64,000 nucleotides of DNA from an uncultured Collinsella sp. (GCA_900541135.1 UQIG01000007.1:12616-76615), one strand, 5' to 3'; positions 20,996-34,158 are shown, numbered from the stretch's first letter. Numbers and translations are program-made. The notes: generated from the sequence alone by a model not told the origin.

Positions 20996-21508
20996 TTACG
21001 CAATCTCGTCGGAGTCGAGGTACAGCTCTCGGGCGTACAAGAAGAGCTGGGAAAGCATGAACAGGACGATGCCGAGAACCAGAGAGGTCCAATCGAATGA
21101 TGAAGCGATCTCTTGGGCGCCGACGGCCCCCTCGCCGCCAAACATCGAAACGGAGGTTTTGAGTGAGCCGGCGTAGAGGCTGGTGGCAGCTTGAACAACG
21201 AAGAGAATGCCGAGCACCTTCAAGCATGTCGCAGACCCTTTCTTGAAGGGGTCTCCGCTCTTGATCGTCCACACGAGAACGGCGCTGAGGATGGTCGTAG
21301 CGATACCGATGACGGCAGGGACCAATGTCGAGATCGCAAGGGCTGGATACGCGGGGGAGTCTGCAATTACAGGGTTGTCGAGCACTTCGATTGCTGGCTT
21401 TAAGGAGAACGCCACTTGTGCGATGGCGGTGGCGCAAAGGGTCGCAGAGGCTATCGCACATGCGATGCGGAAGGAATGAAGCCGGGGAGTGCGATTGTCG
21501 GAACTCAT
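20996..21508 (-). CDS. DUF2975-like membrane protein
   Basis: Four hydrophobic segments, SGDPF motif, C-terminal LF.YAREL...DEI; typical partner of YozG-like HTH; GGAGG RBS. Confidence 0.75.
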   Translation of the reverse strand: MSSDNRTPRLHSFRIACAIASATLCATAIAQVAFSLKPAIEVLDNPVIADSPAYPALAISTLVPAVIGIATTILSAVLVWTIKSGDPFKKGSATCLKVLGILFVVQAATSLYAGSLKTSVSMFGGEGAVGAQEIASSFDWTSLVLGIVLFMLSQLFLYARELYLDSDEIA

Positions 21509-21545
21509 AATAACCTCCGAAGAATTTAAAAGACTCAGGTTACTT

Positions 21546-21564
21546 TTTAACAGTTTATGTTAAA
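21546..21564. promoter_or_regulatory. Palindromic operator candidate in the divergent promoter
   Basis: TTTAACA-N5-TGTTAAA in AT-rich intergenic DNA. Confidence 0.5.
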
Positions 21565-21673
21565 TTGACTTTGCAGGCAAGTAATCACAGCATGCTGCAA
21601 TCACTAGATGCGAGGCGGGGCCGAGCATTTTGTTCAGCCCCGCTGTTCCAGGTGGATGGGGTTAAGGTTGGCG

Positions 21674-23895
21674 ATGAATATGCTCAAGATCTCGAAGGCA
21701 ATCTTTAGGTCGCTCCTCTCCTCCAGGTCGCTCTGTATTGCCGTTGTTGCGTTGATGGTTCTTTGTGCTTTGCCCGTCTTCAGGAGCGCGGCTGGCATCG
21801 ACGGACGGGTTGAATACCTCGAGTCGGGAATAACCCGTGTTGAGCAGGAATTGTCAGCATCCTATGCGGATGCGCTTGTGAATGCGGGGGAGGAGGGCGT
21901 CTATACCTCTTCATCAAGCATGCCCGCGCTTCTGTACCCTCTTGCCGCGGGGCGTCTTGTCTTGGCGCCGCTCTCTCCCCTACTTCCGTTTCTGCAGGTG
22001 TCGGATGGAGCGTACTCCTTTTATGACGGATCGAAGGAGTACTTGCTATGGGCCGCAACGGCCGTTGCCGTCTCGTTCCTTGCCGCGCGTCTTAACAAAC
22101 GCGAAAAGCTCATCATCCAGGCACCGATGGGTGAGCTGGGCAGGCTTGTTGCATCGAGCGTATGGGCGAGTGTTTTTGCGATGCTTGCCGTCTTCGCCGT
22201 CAATCTTCCAGGGATAATCGCCGCACTTGTGAAGAATGGCCCGGGCTCGCTGTTCTATCCGATAGGCTACGTTCAATATGCGACTCCGGTTATCAAACCG
22301 GCTTGGCTGGTGTTCGCGCAGACGGCCATCTTGCAATTCTTGGTGGCAGCGTTCATCTCGCTTGTCGTTCACCTTGCCGTGAAGATTGCCAATAACCCTA
22401 CGCTTGGAATCGTGTTCGTATGTGCCCTGATGGGGGTGACGATGGTTCCCGGGTATTACGGAAGATCCATCGCTTTACGTGAGCTCGCCCTGTTGATTCC
22501 CTTACGTATGCGAACACTGAGTTGACCGTCGGCGCCTATAGCCCGTACCCGACAACGCAGATAGTGAATCTGCCTGGACTTTGCTTCGAGCGTGGCGCGA
22601 TTGCCCTCGTATGCGCAATCGGGATCGAGGTGCTGGCAATTAGCCTGCTTTGCGTTGCTGGAAAGAGCGGCTGCGCGTGCCCGATATCCCCGATTTGTCT
22701 TGAGAGAGGTTCCTTCACTGCATCGAGAACGGCAACTCGTTCGAGCGCTTGTGCCTCCGCCGTTGCATACGTAAGAACGATGGGGAAACTGCTCCTGCGT
22801 TCTCCTACCCTCGCCGTATGCGCGATTGCAATGTCGACGACGATGCTGGCCCCGGCTCTGGTCGAGATGTTTCCTGACGCTGATAACGTTTCCGCTGTTC
22901 GGTATAGGGATGGGGAGCTCCGTTCAATAGATCGGTATCTAGAGCAGAACGCTGCGAATATGGACGTCGAGGGCAAAGCGGCCCTGGAAGACATGCGGGA
23001 TGCTCTTTCGGGTTTCGTGTGCGCGCCTATGCCTGCGGAGGGGTTTCGAAGCCTTGCGACGTACGAGCGCGCTCGAGGTGAGCTGGGCGCGGCAGATGCG
23101 ACTCTCCTGCAATCGATCGGAATCGAGCCGGAGACTCCTTCTCGTGCGGAGGCGCGCGCCCTTCTGCTTGAGTCGATCGCGAGCTTGCCGGACCCCAAGG
23201 TTTGCGAGTTAAGTACGAAGATGCCCCCATTAATCCTCCTTTCGTATCTCCAGGCAGCGCTTCCCTCCTTATTTTTGCTGTTGCCCGTGGTTGTCACATC
23301 GCTCGCGTGTACCCACCTGCAGTGTCGTTCCCTTCTGGTTCTCCAGATCCCCGCAACAGCGCATGTGCGTTTTCTGACGGCTGTTGCGCTGGCTCTCCTG
23401 CTTGGCTTGGTGCTGCTTTTGGTGTCGATGGTTCCCGCTGTCGTTGTGTCCGTGATTAAGAACGGTGCGGGTGGATCGGAGTATCCCGTCGCTCTCATTC
23501 GGGCGGGAGCTTCGACAACGTCCACGGTGGGGGAGGCGGTGTTGTGCAGTATTCCGTTGCTGGTCATGGCATACGGCGTGATTTCCGTCGTCGCTGCGTT
23601 GACAGCAGCGATTAGCCGCAACCCCGTTGTCACCGGAATGGTTTGCGCGGTTCTCTTGGTGTTGGGTTCGTTGAGCGCTCATGTTGAAAGCGTGGGCATG
23701 GGCGTCGTGCTGCTGGCTCCATTCGCCTCGTTTGATCCCGCTTCCCAGGTGGGGACGATTGGGTTCCTTGGGCGAGGGACGAACGCGATGCCTTTTGGAG
23801 AGGTCGTCGGCGCATCGGGCGCTCTGCTGGTGGTCTTGGGCGCCGTATCTCCGTTGATGGTGCGCCTGAGTGTTCCAAAGATCGAAAGGGGATGA
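21674..23895 (+). pseudogene. ABC-2-type permease (two permease repeats), apparently split by a 1-nt frameshift near 22500
   Basis: ORFs 21674-22525 and 22522-23895 are both polytopic; switching frame at ATTCCC/CTTACG gives LLIP-(L)TYANTELTVGAY, resembling PFASFDPASQVG and PVFSPIEATG in the other permease modules. Confidence 0.6.
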
Positions 23896-24641
23896 TCTCG
23901 ATGATTGACCTTCAAACGCTGACGATCTCTTATGGAAAGAAGGTGCTCGTAGATTCGGTGAACGCTGAGTTTGCCCCGGGTACGGTCTACGGTCTCGTCG
24001 CTCCGAACGGGCATGGAAAGACGACGTTGCTGCGTGCGATGGCAGGTTTGCCGGGTCCTCGCGTGGACGGGAGCATCGTTCTGGATGAGGTGCAGGGTAC
24101 GGGTGCGAGAGAGGTCCGTTCTATGATCTTCTATGCACCTGGTGAGGGGACGCTGCTGTATCCCGGATTGCGTGCGGAAGATCACCTCAAGATGGTTTGC
24201 GATATGTGGCCGCATGCTCGCGATATCGAAGAGATAGTGGAACAAACGCAGATAGGCGAGTTCGCGAAGATGAGGATCCGCACTCTGAGCCAGGGCATGA
24301 AGCAGCAGCTTACCCTGGCGATTGCGTATGCGACGGGCGCGCGGTACCTTCTATTAGATGAGCCCATGAACGCGCTCGACCCCAGCAGGGTGGACTTGCA
24401 TTCCGAGATTCTCAGGAAGCTGGCCGATTCTGGTACGTGCATCATCATGTCATCCCACATCTTGGATTCGGTCGATAGGCTGTGCGATGAGATTCTGTTT
24501 TTGAAGGATGGGAGGCTCATTAGAAGCATTCCGCAAGATGATGCTGCGCCGAAGTCTCCTGGATCCCATTTCGCAAAGCCTGCCGGACGCGCCGAGGGTG
24601 CGCTAAGCACGTATCGGCGACTCTACGAAAAGGGCGGGTAG
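23892..24641 (+). CDS. ABC transporter ATP-binding protein
   Basis: APNGHGKTT, LSQGMKQ, LLLDEP, SSH. Confidence 0.92.
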   Translation: MISMIDLQTLTISYGKKVLVDSVNAEFAPGTVYGLVAPNGHGKTTLLRAMAGLPGPRVDGSIVLDEVQGTGAREVRSMIFYAPGEGTLLYPGLRAEDHLKMVCDMWPHARDIEEIVEQTQIGEFAKMRIRTLSQGMKQQLTLAIAYATGARYLLLDEPMNALDPSRVDLHSEILRKLADSGTCIIMSSHILDSVDRLCDEILFLKDGRLIRSIPQDDAAPKSPGSHFAKPAGRAEGALSTYRRLYEKGG

Positions 24642-24807
24642 AAATGGCGGGTAGAAATGCAAGTTAAAAATCTATGTGGCCAATGTGATACCGTTGAACC
24701 CGCATATCGATACCGCTCAGCCATTCGCCTCGCCCCCGTCGCACGCATCTTCATTCGGTCTGTCATTATTAATCTAACGATGCTTTGAGAAATGTAGGTG
24801 CTTCTAA

Positions 24808-26622
24808 ATGTACTGTCGACTTCTTCTCAAACTAATCCTAAGAGACAGGGCCGTATGGATCTCTACGCTCGTTCTCGCTGCAGCCTTCTCCATCCCCATT
24901 GCGTTCAATTCACCCATCTACGGGCCCTTCTTTATGAAGCAGGGCATGCAGGGCTTTGTCGACGCATTCAATACGCGCGCACCCCAGGCCAACGGCATAG
25001 ACCTATCGCCAGAGCAGCAAGTCGACGCGGAGCTTGCAAGATACGCGAACGCCGCCCTCGCCGCTCAAACCGACGCCGCCTTTCTCGATTCTGCCGAGAG
25101 CTACTACGCGCTCATGGGCGAAGGCTTCCAATCCGGGTCCATCGTGGGAGACCGAGAGACCAATGACGCAGACCTCGCGTATTGCCGTGCCCTGAGCAGC
25201 TCCGGCATCACGGATATCCCGGCCTCCGCAAACGACCTGCCATTCCTTTCCTTCCTGCCTTACGCCATTGCCACGGCGCCGTCTTTCCTTCCCTTCATCC
25301 CCTTCCTTCTCTCGTCGATACTCGTGCTCGGCGCCACAAGGCCCGGGACCCTGGCGGCGAAGGCGCCCGCGCCCAAATTCCGGCGCCTTATCCAGATCGT
25401 GTTTTCGATAATCGGCGCGGGGACCGCGATGCTCCTCGCCGGCCTCGCACCCGGGGGCATTTGCGCCTTGGCCCTAAACGGATTCGGGCAAATTGGGTAC
25501 CCGATCGCCTTCTTCCATGACGGCGCGCTTGCCACCACGACCGCGGGAGACGTCTTCACGACCCTGCTTCTCGCGCTGCTTGCGGGCGGAACCTTGATAT
25601 CCGTTTGCTCCGCCGTCCTATCGACCGCAACGAGGCGCGTCCTCGCGGGCCCCCTTACCTCCGCGCTGCTTGTCGCGGCCCCGGCATTCCCGTTACTGTC
25701 CGATTCGGCACTAGGGCATAACGCCGTGCTCGGGCTCCTGCCACTGCCCGTATTCTCGCCTATCGAGGCAACGGGTTACGTGGGATGCTTCCCGACAGAA
25801 TTCATTGGCTCCGGTTCAGGCAGCGCATCGATGCTTGCCGTGGCCCTGGCATACGTCGCGGTCTTTTTTGCGGTCGGCGCCGTTGCGACACGTTCCCCCA
25901 AACAGTCTGGACCCGCGAAAAAGCACCATGGGCTCGAGCTTCTGGACGCGAGCGTGGGATACGGAAGCACGACGATACTTTCAATCGGATCGCTTTTCCT
26001 GAGCCCGGGAACGGCGGTGGGCCTCATTGCCCCCAACGGCTCGGGGAAAACCACCTTTCTTGAAGCGCTGTCGGGCCAATTTCCCACCCGTATCCGCTCG
26101 GGAAGCCTGGCGGCAGACGGAATCAGCCAACGCCGATCAGCCGAATTTGCAGAACTCGTCTACCTGAGCTCTTCAGGCGGCACGGATCTCTACCCCACGC
26201 TATCGGCCCTCGAGCACCTTGCTTTCGTTAGGGAGGCGTGGAAATCGGCCACCGACATCGACTCGCTCTGCAGCCCCCTCGGAATCTCCCCATATCTCGA
26301 CAAGCCGACCCGTAAACTCTCGACAGGAATGAAGCAGCAGGTAAAGCTTGCCATGGCGATATCGACCGGTTGCCCGTACCTCATCCTCGATGAACCGCTG
26401 AACGGCCTCGATCCGGGAAAGCGGAAAACCTCCTGCGACGCGATGCGCAGCGAGGTGGCGCGGGGACGCAGCGTGCTCATCTCAAGCCATCTGCTCGACG
26501 ACCTGGCAGACCTTACCAACTCGTTCTACTTCATTGAGGCCGGCACGCTCGTGGAAAAGATCAAGTCGTCCTCGCAGACGCTCAAGCAGGAATACCTCGA
26601 TACATACGAGCGAGGTGAATGA
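24808..26622 (+). CDS. Fused ABC permease-ATPase
   Basis: N-terminal TM segments; C-terminal APNGSGKTT, LSTGMKQ, LILDEP, SSH. Confidence 0.88.
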   Translation: MYCRLLLKLILRDRAVWISTLVLAAAFSIPIAFNSPIYGPFFMKQGMQGFVDAFNTRAPQANGIDLSPEQQVDAELARYANAALAAQTDAAFLDSAESYYALMGEGFQSGSIVGDRETNDADLAYCRALSSSGITDIPASANDLPFLSFLPYAIATAPSFLPFIPFLLSSILVLGATRPGTLAAKAPAPKFRRLIQIVFSIIGAGTAMLLAGLAPGGICALALNGFGQIGYPIAFFHDGALATTTAGDVFTTLLLALLAGGTLISVCSAVLSTATRRVLAGPLTSALLVAAPAFPLLSDSALGHNAVLGLLPLPVFSPIEATGYVGCFPTEFIGSGSGSASMLAVALAYVAVFFAVGAVATRSPKQSGPAKKHHGLELLDASVGYGSTTILSIGSLFLSPGTAVGLIAPNGSGKTTFLEALSGQFPTRIRSGSLAADGISQRRSAEFAELVYLSSSGGTDLYPTLSALEHLAFVREAWKSATDIDSLCSPLGISPYLDKPTRKLSTGMKQQVKLAMAISTGCPYLILDEPLNGLDPGKRKTSCDAMRSEVARGRSVLISSHLLDDLADLTNSFYFIEAGTLVEKIKSSSQTLKQEYLDTYERGE

Positions 26623-26623
26623 C

Positions 26624-26968
26624 ATGAAACTATTTGAACAGCTGAAGTCCAATGCGTCGCGCATGGCTGTCTACGCCATCCTCGTGGCAACGGCTTTATG
26701 CGGAATCGCGGCACCCGTCTATGCGCTCAACGGGGAGAAAGGCGATGTCGAACCCGCGTACATGGCTTCGACGGTTAAGGACCGGTACAAAGCCTTCTCT
26801 GGAGACACGTTTTACGTAGCAGAGTACGACACGACCTACCGTCAGCTTCGCTACAACAAGGGCTACGACTATCTAGGCGCAGAGGCAATCAGCTATACGT
26901 CGGGTTGGTACCGCTCCAACTATGGACACATAACCCAGTTCAAGTGTAACTACCGTGTGTACAACTAA
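26624..26968 (+). CDS. Small secreted Tyr-rich protein (114 aa), bacteriocin-like candidate
   Basis: GAGGTG RBS; signal peptide MKLFEQLKSNASRMAVYAILVATALCGIAAPVYA; followed by a terminator. Confidence 0.75.
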   Translation: MKLFEQLKSNASRMAVYAILVATALCGIAAPVYALNGEKGDVEPAYMASTVKDRYKAFSGDTFYVAEYDTTYRQLRYNKGYDYLGAEAISYTSGWYRSNYGHITQFKCNYRVYN

Positions 26969-26982
26969 AGCAACCGGCCGGG

Positions 26983-27018
26983 ACGAGGGGTGACGCAAAA
27001 GCGTCGCCCCTCGTTTTT
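26983..27018 (+). terminator. Terminator of the island ABC operon
   Basis: ACGAGGGGTGACGC-AAAA-GCGTCGCCCCTCGT followed by a T run. Confidence 0.8.
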
Positions 27019-27043
27019 AACCATGTCAACTGAACCTAGTTCA

Positions 27044-27111
27044 GTTTGGTTGATTTCCGATCTCAGCCGAACACATTGAGCGGAAAGGCCGTTCCCGCAG
27101 TCAGTCGAACG
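27044..27111 (+). repeat. Right direct repeat (att-like)
   Basis: Matches 19790-19857 with 5 mismatches. Confidence 0.9.
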
Positions 27112-27257
27112 TCCCCGGGGCCCTTCTCAGGCCCCGGGGACGGCATTTTCCCAGTTGAAGGAACGGTGGAGATGTGTTTCGATGGGTCAGATTCGTGTCG
27201 TTCCGAAAAGACCGTGAACCTTTTGTGGGACACGCGGCGCCGTGGTACCATAGCCGA

Positions 27258-27315
27258 GTTTGTTGTCTTGGTCGGAAACCAAGACGCCTTATGCGCTGAT
27301 CGGTAACCAGCGCCT
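27258..27315 (+). promoter_or_regulatory. Putative L31 ribosomal-protein leader (L31-Coriobacteria-like)
   Basis: Two hairpins (GTCTTGGT/ACCAAGAC and GCGCTG/CAGCGC) between a -10 TACCAT (27246) and the rpmE RBS. Confidence 0.55.
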
Positions 27316-27335
27316 GACTAATAAGGAGTCCTACC

Positions 27336-27761
27336 ATGAAGCAGGGTATCCATCCCCAGTATGTCGAGTGCACGGTGACGTGCTCCTGCGGCAACACCTT
27401 CAAGACGCACGCTACCGTGTCCGAGATGAAGGTCGAGCTTTGCAACGAGTGCCACCCGTTCTACACTGGCCAGCAGAAGTTCGTCGACACCGGTGGACGC
27501 GTCCAGCGCTTCGCCGACAAGTTCGGTGGCGCCGCTGCCGCCCAGCTCAAGAAGGCTGAGGAGGCCAAGGCTGCCAAGGCCGCCAAGGCTGCTGAGGCCG
27601 AGGCCGCTCGCAAGGCCGCCGCTGAGGCTAAGGCCGCCGAGAAGGCTAAGCGTGCCGCTAAGTTTGCCGAGGAGGCTGCCAAGCAGGCCGCCGAGGCTCC
27701 CGCAGAGGCTCCCGTCGAGGAGGCCGCTGCCGAGGCCGAGACTACCGAGGCTGCTGAGTAA
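27336..27761 (+). CDS. rpmE: 50S ribosomal protein L31 (Zn-binding type) with Ala/Lys/Glu-rich extension
   Basis: [31 protein letters not shown]. Confidence 0.96.
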   Translation: MKQGIHPQYVECTVTCSCGNTFKTHATVSEMKVELCNECHPFYTGQQKFVDTGGRVQRFADKFGGAAAAQLKKAEEAKAAKAAKAAEAEAARKAAAEAKAAEKAKRAAKFAEEAAKQAAEAPAEAPVEEAAAEAETTEAAE

Positions 27762-27933
27762 ATAGCTCGCCGCGGAATCACTCGCATTCATGGCATGAGG
27801 GCCGTGCATCCATTTGGGTGCGCGGCCCTTTTCTTTTTATTGGTGCAGGCTAACCCGTTCCCATTGCACCAGATTGGTGCGAAGGGGACGGGTTGGTTTG
27901 CACCAAATGGCAGACTGACGGCGTTTTCCCAGA

Positions 27934-27972
27934 TAAAACCTGCCAAAATAAACCAGTCCCTTTTTGGCAGGT
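27934..27972. repeat. 39-bp hairpin repeat (second copy at 42346-42384)
   Basis: TAAAACCTGCCAAAATAAACCAGTCCCTTTTTGGCAGGT; 37/39 identical to the other copy. Confidence 0.75.
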
Positions 27973-28107
27973 CGGTCGGGTCGTAGTTATTACGTGGCGG
28001 TCGAGGTCGACCGTATAGGCCGCGCCTTGTTTGGCTAAAGTACAATCATCTGTGTTTAACTCGCCCGCAGCTGCACGGCGTGGGCGATGGCCAAAAAGGA
28101 AAACCAC

Positions 28108-30914
<2,807 letters not shown>

Positions 30915-30915
<1 letters not shown>

Positions 30916-32063
30916 TGGCTGAGGCTTTAGAGGTAACGCCCGCCGAGCTGGACGCGTTTGCGGACCGGCTCGGTGAGGTCGAGTCATATCTCCACCTGGA
31001 CGAGAAGCGTACCCGCGTGTCCGAGCTCGAGGCCAAAAGTGTTGCCCCTGGCTTTTGGGATGACGCCGACGCCGCCCGTGCCACCATGGAGGAGATTGCG
31101 CGCACCAAGGAAGATATCGCTGCCGTGGACACCGCGCGCGGCGAGCTTTCCGATGCCCGCGCCGCGCTGGAGCTTGCCGAGGAGATGGGGGATGACCCCG
31201 ACGCCGCCGCCCTTCGCGAGGAGGCTGCAGCCACGGCTGAGCGCCTGGCCCGTGCCATCGATGAGCTTGAGCTTTCGAGCTGGTTTACCGGTGAGTTCGA
31301 TCACGGCGATGCCATCGTGACCATCAAGCCCGGACAGGGTGGTCTGGAGGCCCAGGACTGGACCTTCATGCTCTTTAAGATGTACATGAAGTACTGCCAG
31401 CGTCGCGGCTGGAAGGTCACCATCAACGACTGTCCCGCGGCCGAGGTCATCGGCATCGACCGCGCGACCTTTACCGTCGAGGGCAAGGACGCATTTGGCA
31501 TGCTGCGCGCCGAGGCCGGCGTCCACCGCTTGGTTCGCATTAGCCCCACCGACGACAAGAAGCGCCGCCAGACCACGTTTGCCGGCGTCGAGGTCATCCC
31601 CGTGCTACCCGATGATATCGACATCGAGATCAGTCCCGATGACATCCGCGTGGACGTGTACCACGCGAGCGGCCCGGGCGGTCAGGGCGTCAACACCACC
31701 GACTCCGCCGTGCGCGTGACGCATTTCCCCAGCGGCATTGTGGTCACCTGCCAAAACGAGCGCAGCCAGATCCAGAACAAGGCCGCGTGCATGCAGATCC
31801 TCAAGGCTCGCTTGTACGAGATTGAGCTCGAGAAGCGCGCCGAGGCGCTCGATGAGATCCGCGGACCCAAGACCACGATTGGTTTTGGCAACCAGATCCG
31901 CAGCTACGTGCTCTACCCGTACCAGATGGTCAAAGACCTACGCACGGGCGTGGAGACCAGCAATGTCGAGGCCGTCCTTGACGATGGCGACCTGGACCCG
32001 TTTGTTATTGGCTACCATCGCTGGGCCACCGGCAACGCCGATGCAGAAGGCTCGGAGGTCTAA
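30915..32063 (+). CDS. prfB: Peptide chain release factor 2
   Basis: GVHRLVRISPT, GPGGQGVNTTDSAVR, FGNQIRSYV; single continuous ORF. Confidence 0.95.
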
Positions 32064-32228
32064 AACATCGGGCGGCTTCAAGCCGATGCCAAGCCCAACG
32101 GTTGGACGGGTTTGTATCCAGAATAAACCCTGCGCAGGGGTGGTTTTTGTTCGGCGAATCGTTAGAATCGAATACAAGAAGAAGTTCAAAGCGCATCCGT
32201 TTGGGTGCGCTTTTTTGAGGGAGGCAGC

Positions 32229-33119
32229 ATGGCATATCGTCTGGACATCAAGCGCATTCTTTCGATGAACTTCTTTCACGATCTGCCCCAGATCATGTTG
32301 GGGTGCGCTCTGGCCGCTATTGCGACCGACCTGTTTTTGATTCCCAACGGCCTTGCTGCCGGTGGCGTTACGGGCCTTGCCACCATTATCCAGGCGGTCG
32401 GCGCGGCGCGAGGCGTGTCGCTTCCCGTTGGTATTCAGACGATCGTGATGAACGCCTTGCTGTTGTTGGTCGTTATGCGCGAGGGTGGCATGTTCTACGT
32501 GGTGCAGACCGCGACGGGCTTTGTGCTGCTGGGCTTCTTTACCGATCTGTTCGCCCCGTTTGTAGCACCTCTGGCGGATGCGGACCTGATGCTCCCTGCC
32601 ATGTGGGGCGGCATTATTACGGGCATCGGTTACGGCATGGTGTTGCGCGCCGGCGCCAACACCGGCGGCTCGGACACGATTGGCCAAATCATATCGCGTA
32701 ACACCTCGCTGCCGGTGGGCTCGACCGTCATGGCGATCGATGTTGCCGTATGCGCGTTATCGGCTCCGGTCTTTTCAATCGAAAACGCACTGTATGCAGG
32801 CCTTTCGATGGTCATTAGCGGCTACGTGATCGATGCCGTGGTCGATGGTGGCAACAAACGCCGTATGGTACTCATCATCTCGGACAAGTTCCCTGATATC
32901 GCTGCCGATATCATGTATGGCCTGGGTCGTGGTTGTACCAAGTTTAAGGCGACTGGCATGTATTCGGGTGCCGAGAAGCCGGTGATTATGGTCATCGTGA
33001 GCCGTCGAGAGCTCAATACCCTCAAGACGATCGTGCGCGAGCGCGATCCTCACGCCATTGTGACGGTCGCTGACGTTACGGAAGCCTTCGGCGAGGGATT
33101 CAAGGACATTAGCGCGTAG
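32229..33119 (+). CDS. YitT family membrane protein
   Basis: GGVTGLA, NTGGSD, DPHAIV..V.E.FGEGF. Confidence 0.88.
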   Translation: MAYRLDIKRILSMNFFHDLPQIMLGCALAAIATDLFLIPNGLAAGGVTGLATIIQAVGAARGVSLPVGIQTIVMNALLLLVVMREGGMFYVVQTATGFVLLGFFTDLFAPFVAPLADADLMLPAMWGGIITGIGYGMVLRAGANTGGSDTIGQIISRNTSLPVGSTVMAIDVAVCALSAPVFSIENALYAGLSMVISGYVIDAVVDGGNKRRMVLIISDKFPDIAADIMYGLGRGCTKFKATGMYSGAEKPVIMVIVSRRELNTLKTIVRERDPHAIVTVADVTEAFGEGFKDISA

Positions 33120-33326
33120 GGTTGACCGCGTTCTATCCAAAAGACGTTCACATTGATAAACCGTTTCATCAGCGGTTCTGCCTGCTAAATTGTTCAAATA
33201 ATGATAAAAACTCTGGTAAAGCCATCAGTTTCCAGCATAATGAATGACGTACGTGCATTGCGGCTGTGTTGGGATTACCTTCGGTGCCGTGCGCATTTTG
33301 TCTAATGAGGATGAAAGGAAGGCACA

Positions 33327-34157
33327 ATGAGCGACGAAGAGCTCAAAAAGGTTGCCAACGAGGTAAGGAAGGGCATCGTCACCGGCGTGCACGCTGCCAA
33401 GTCCGGCCATCCGGGCGGTTCGCTCGGCGCTGCCGACATCATGACCTATCTGTACTTTGAGGAAATGAACGTCGACCCGGCCGACCCCCGCAAGGCCGAC
33501 CGCGATCGTTTTGTGCTTTCCAAGGGTCACTGCGCGCCTGGTCTGTACGCCGTGCTCGCCGAGCGCGGATTCTTCCCCAAGGAGGATCTCGAGACGCTGC
33601 GCCACATCGGCAGCCACCTGCAGGGCCATCCCAACATGAACGACACCCCGGGCGTCGACATGTCCACCGGCTCGCTCGGCCAGGGCATCTCCGCCGCCGT
33701 GGGCATGGCCGTTGCTGCCAAGCACTGGGGCGACGACTATCGCACTTACGCCCTGCTAGGCGACGGCGAGAGCGAGGAGGGCCAGGTCTGGGAGGCCGCC
33801 ATGTTTGCCGGCAACCAGCAGCTCGACAACCTCTGCGTGATCGTCGACCATAACGGCCTGCAGATCGACGGCCCCGTCGAGGAGGTCAACGACCCCATGC
33901 CGCTCGCCGACAAGTTCCGCGCCTTCAAGTTCCATGTGGTGGAGCTCGCCGACGGCAACGACTTCGACCAGATCCGCGCCGCCTTTGCCGAGGCCCGCGC
34001 CACCAAGGGTCAGCCGACCGCCATCATCGCCGAGACCATGAAGGGCAAGGGCGTCTCCTTTATGGAGAACCAGGTTGGCTGGCACGGTAAGGCCCCCAAC
34101 GATGAACAGTTTGAGCAGGCCATGGCAGAGCTCACGGCCGCCGGAGAGGAGCTCTAG
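33327..34157 (+). CDS. Transketolase N-terminal subunit
   Basis: SGHPGGSL, DRFVLSKGH, LGDGESEEG. Confidence 0.93.
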   Translation: MSDEELKKVANEVRKGIVTGVHAAKSGHPGGSLGAADIMTYLYFEEMNVDPADPRKADRDRFVLSKGHCAPGLYAVLAERGFFPKEDLETLRHIGSHLQGHPNMNDTPGVDMSTGSLGQGISAAVGMAVAAKHWGDDYRTYALLGDGESEEGQVWEAAMFAGNQQLDNLCVIVDHNGLQIDGPVEEVNDPMPLADKFRAFKFHVVELADGNDFDQIRAAFAEARATKGQPTAIIAETMKGKGVSFMENQVGWHGKAPNDEQFEQAMAELTAAGEEL

Positions 34158-34158
34158 G

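Larger units (their letters stand above)
19790..27111. mobile_element. Decayed integrative island bounded by direct repeats
   Basis: 68-bp direct repeats with a 37-bp perfect core, integrase remnant at the left end, atypical cargo. Confidence 0.8.

Noticed and set aside
21538..21565. dif-like site (TTATGTTAAAT matches the E. coli XerD arm)
   Set aside because: No credible XerC arm; better explained as the TTTAACA-N5-TGTTAAA operator palindrome.
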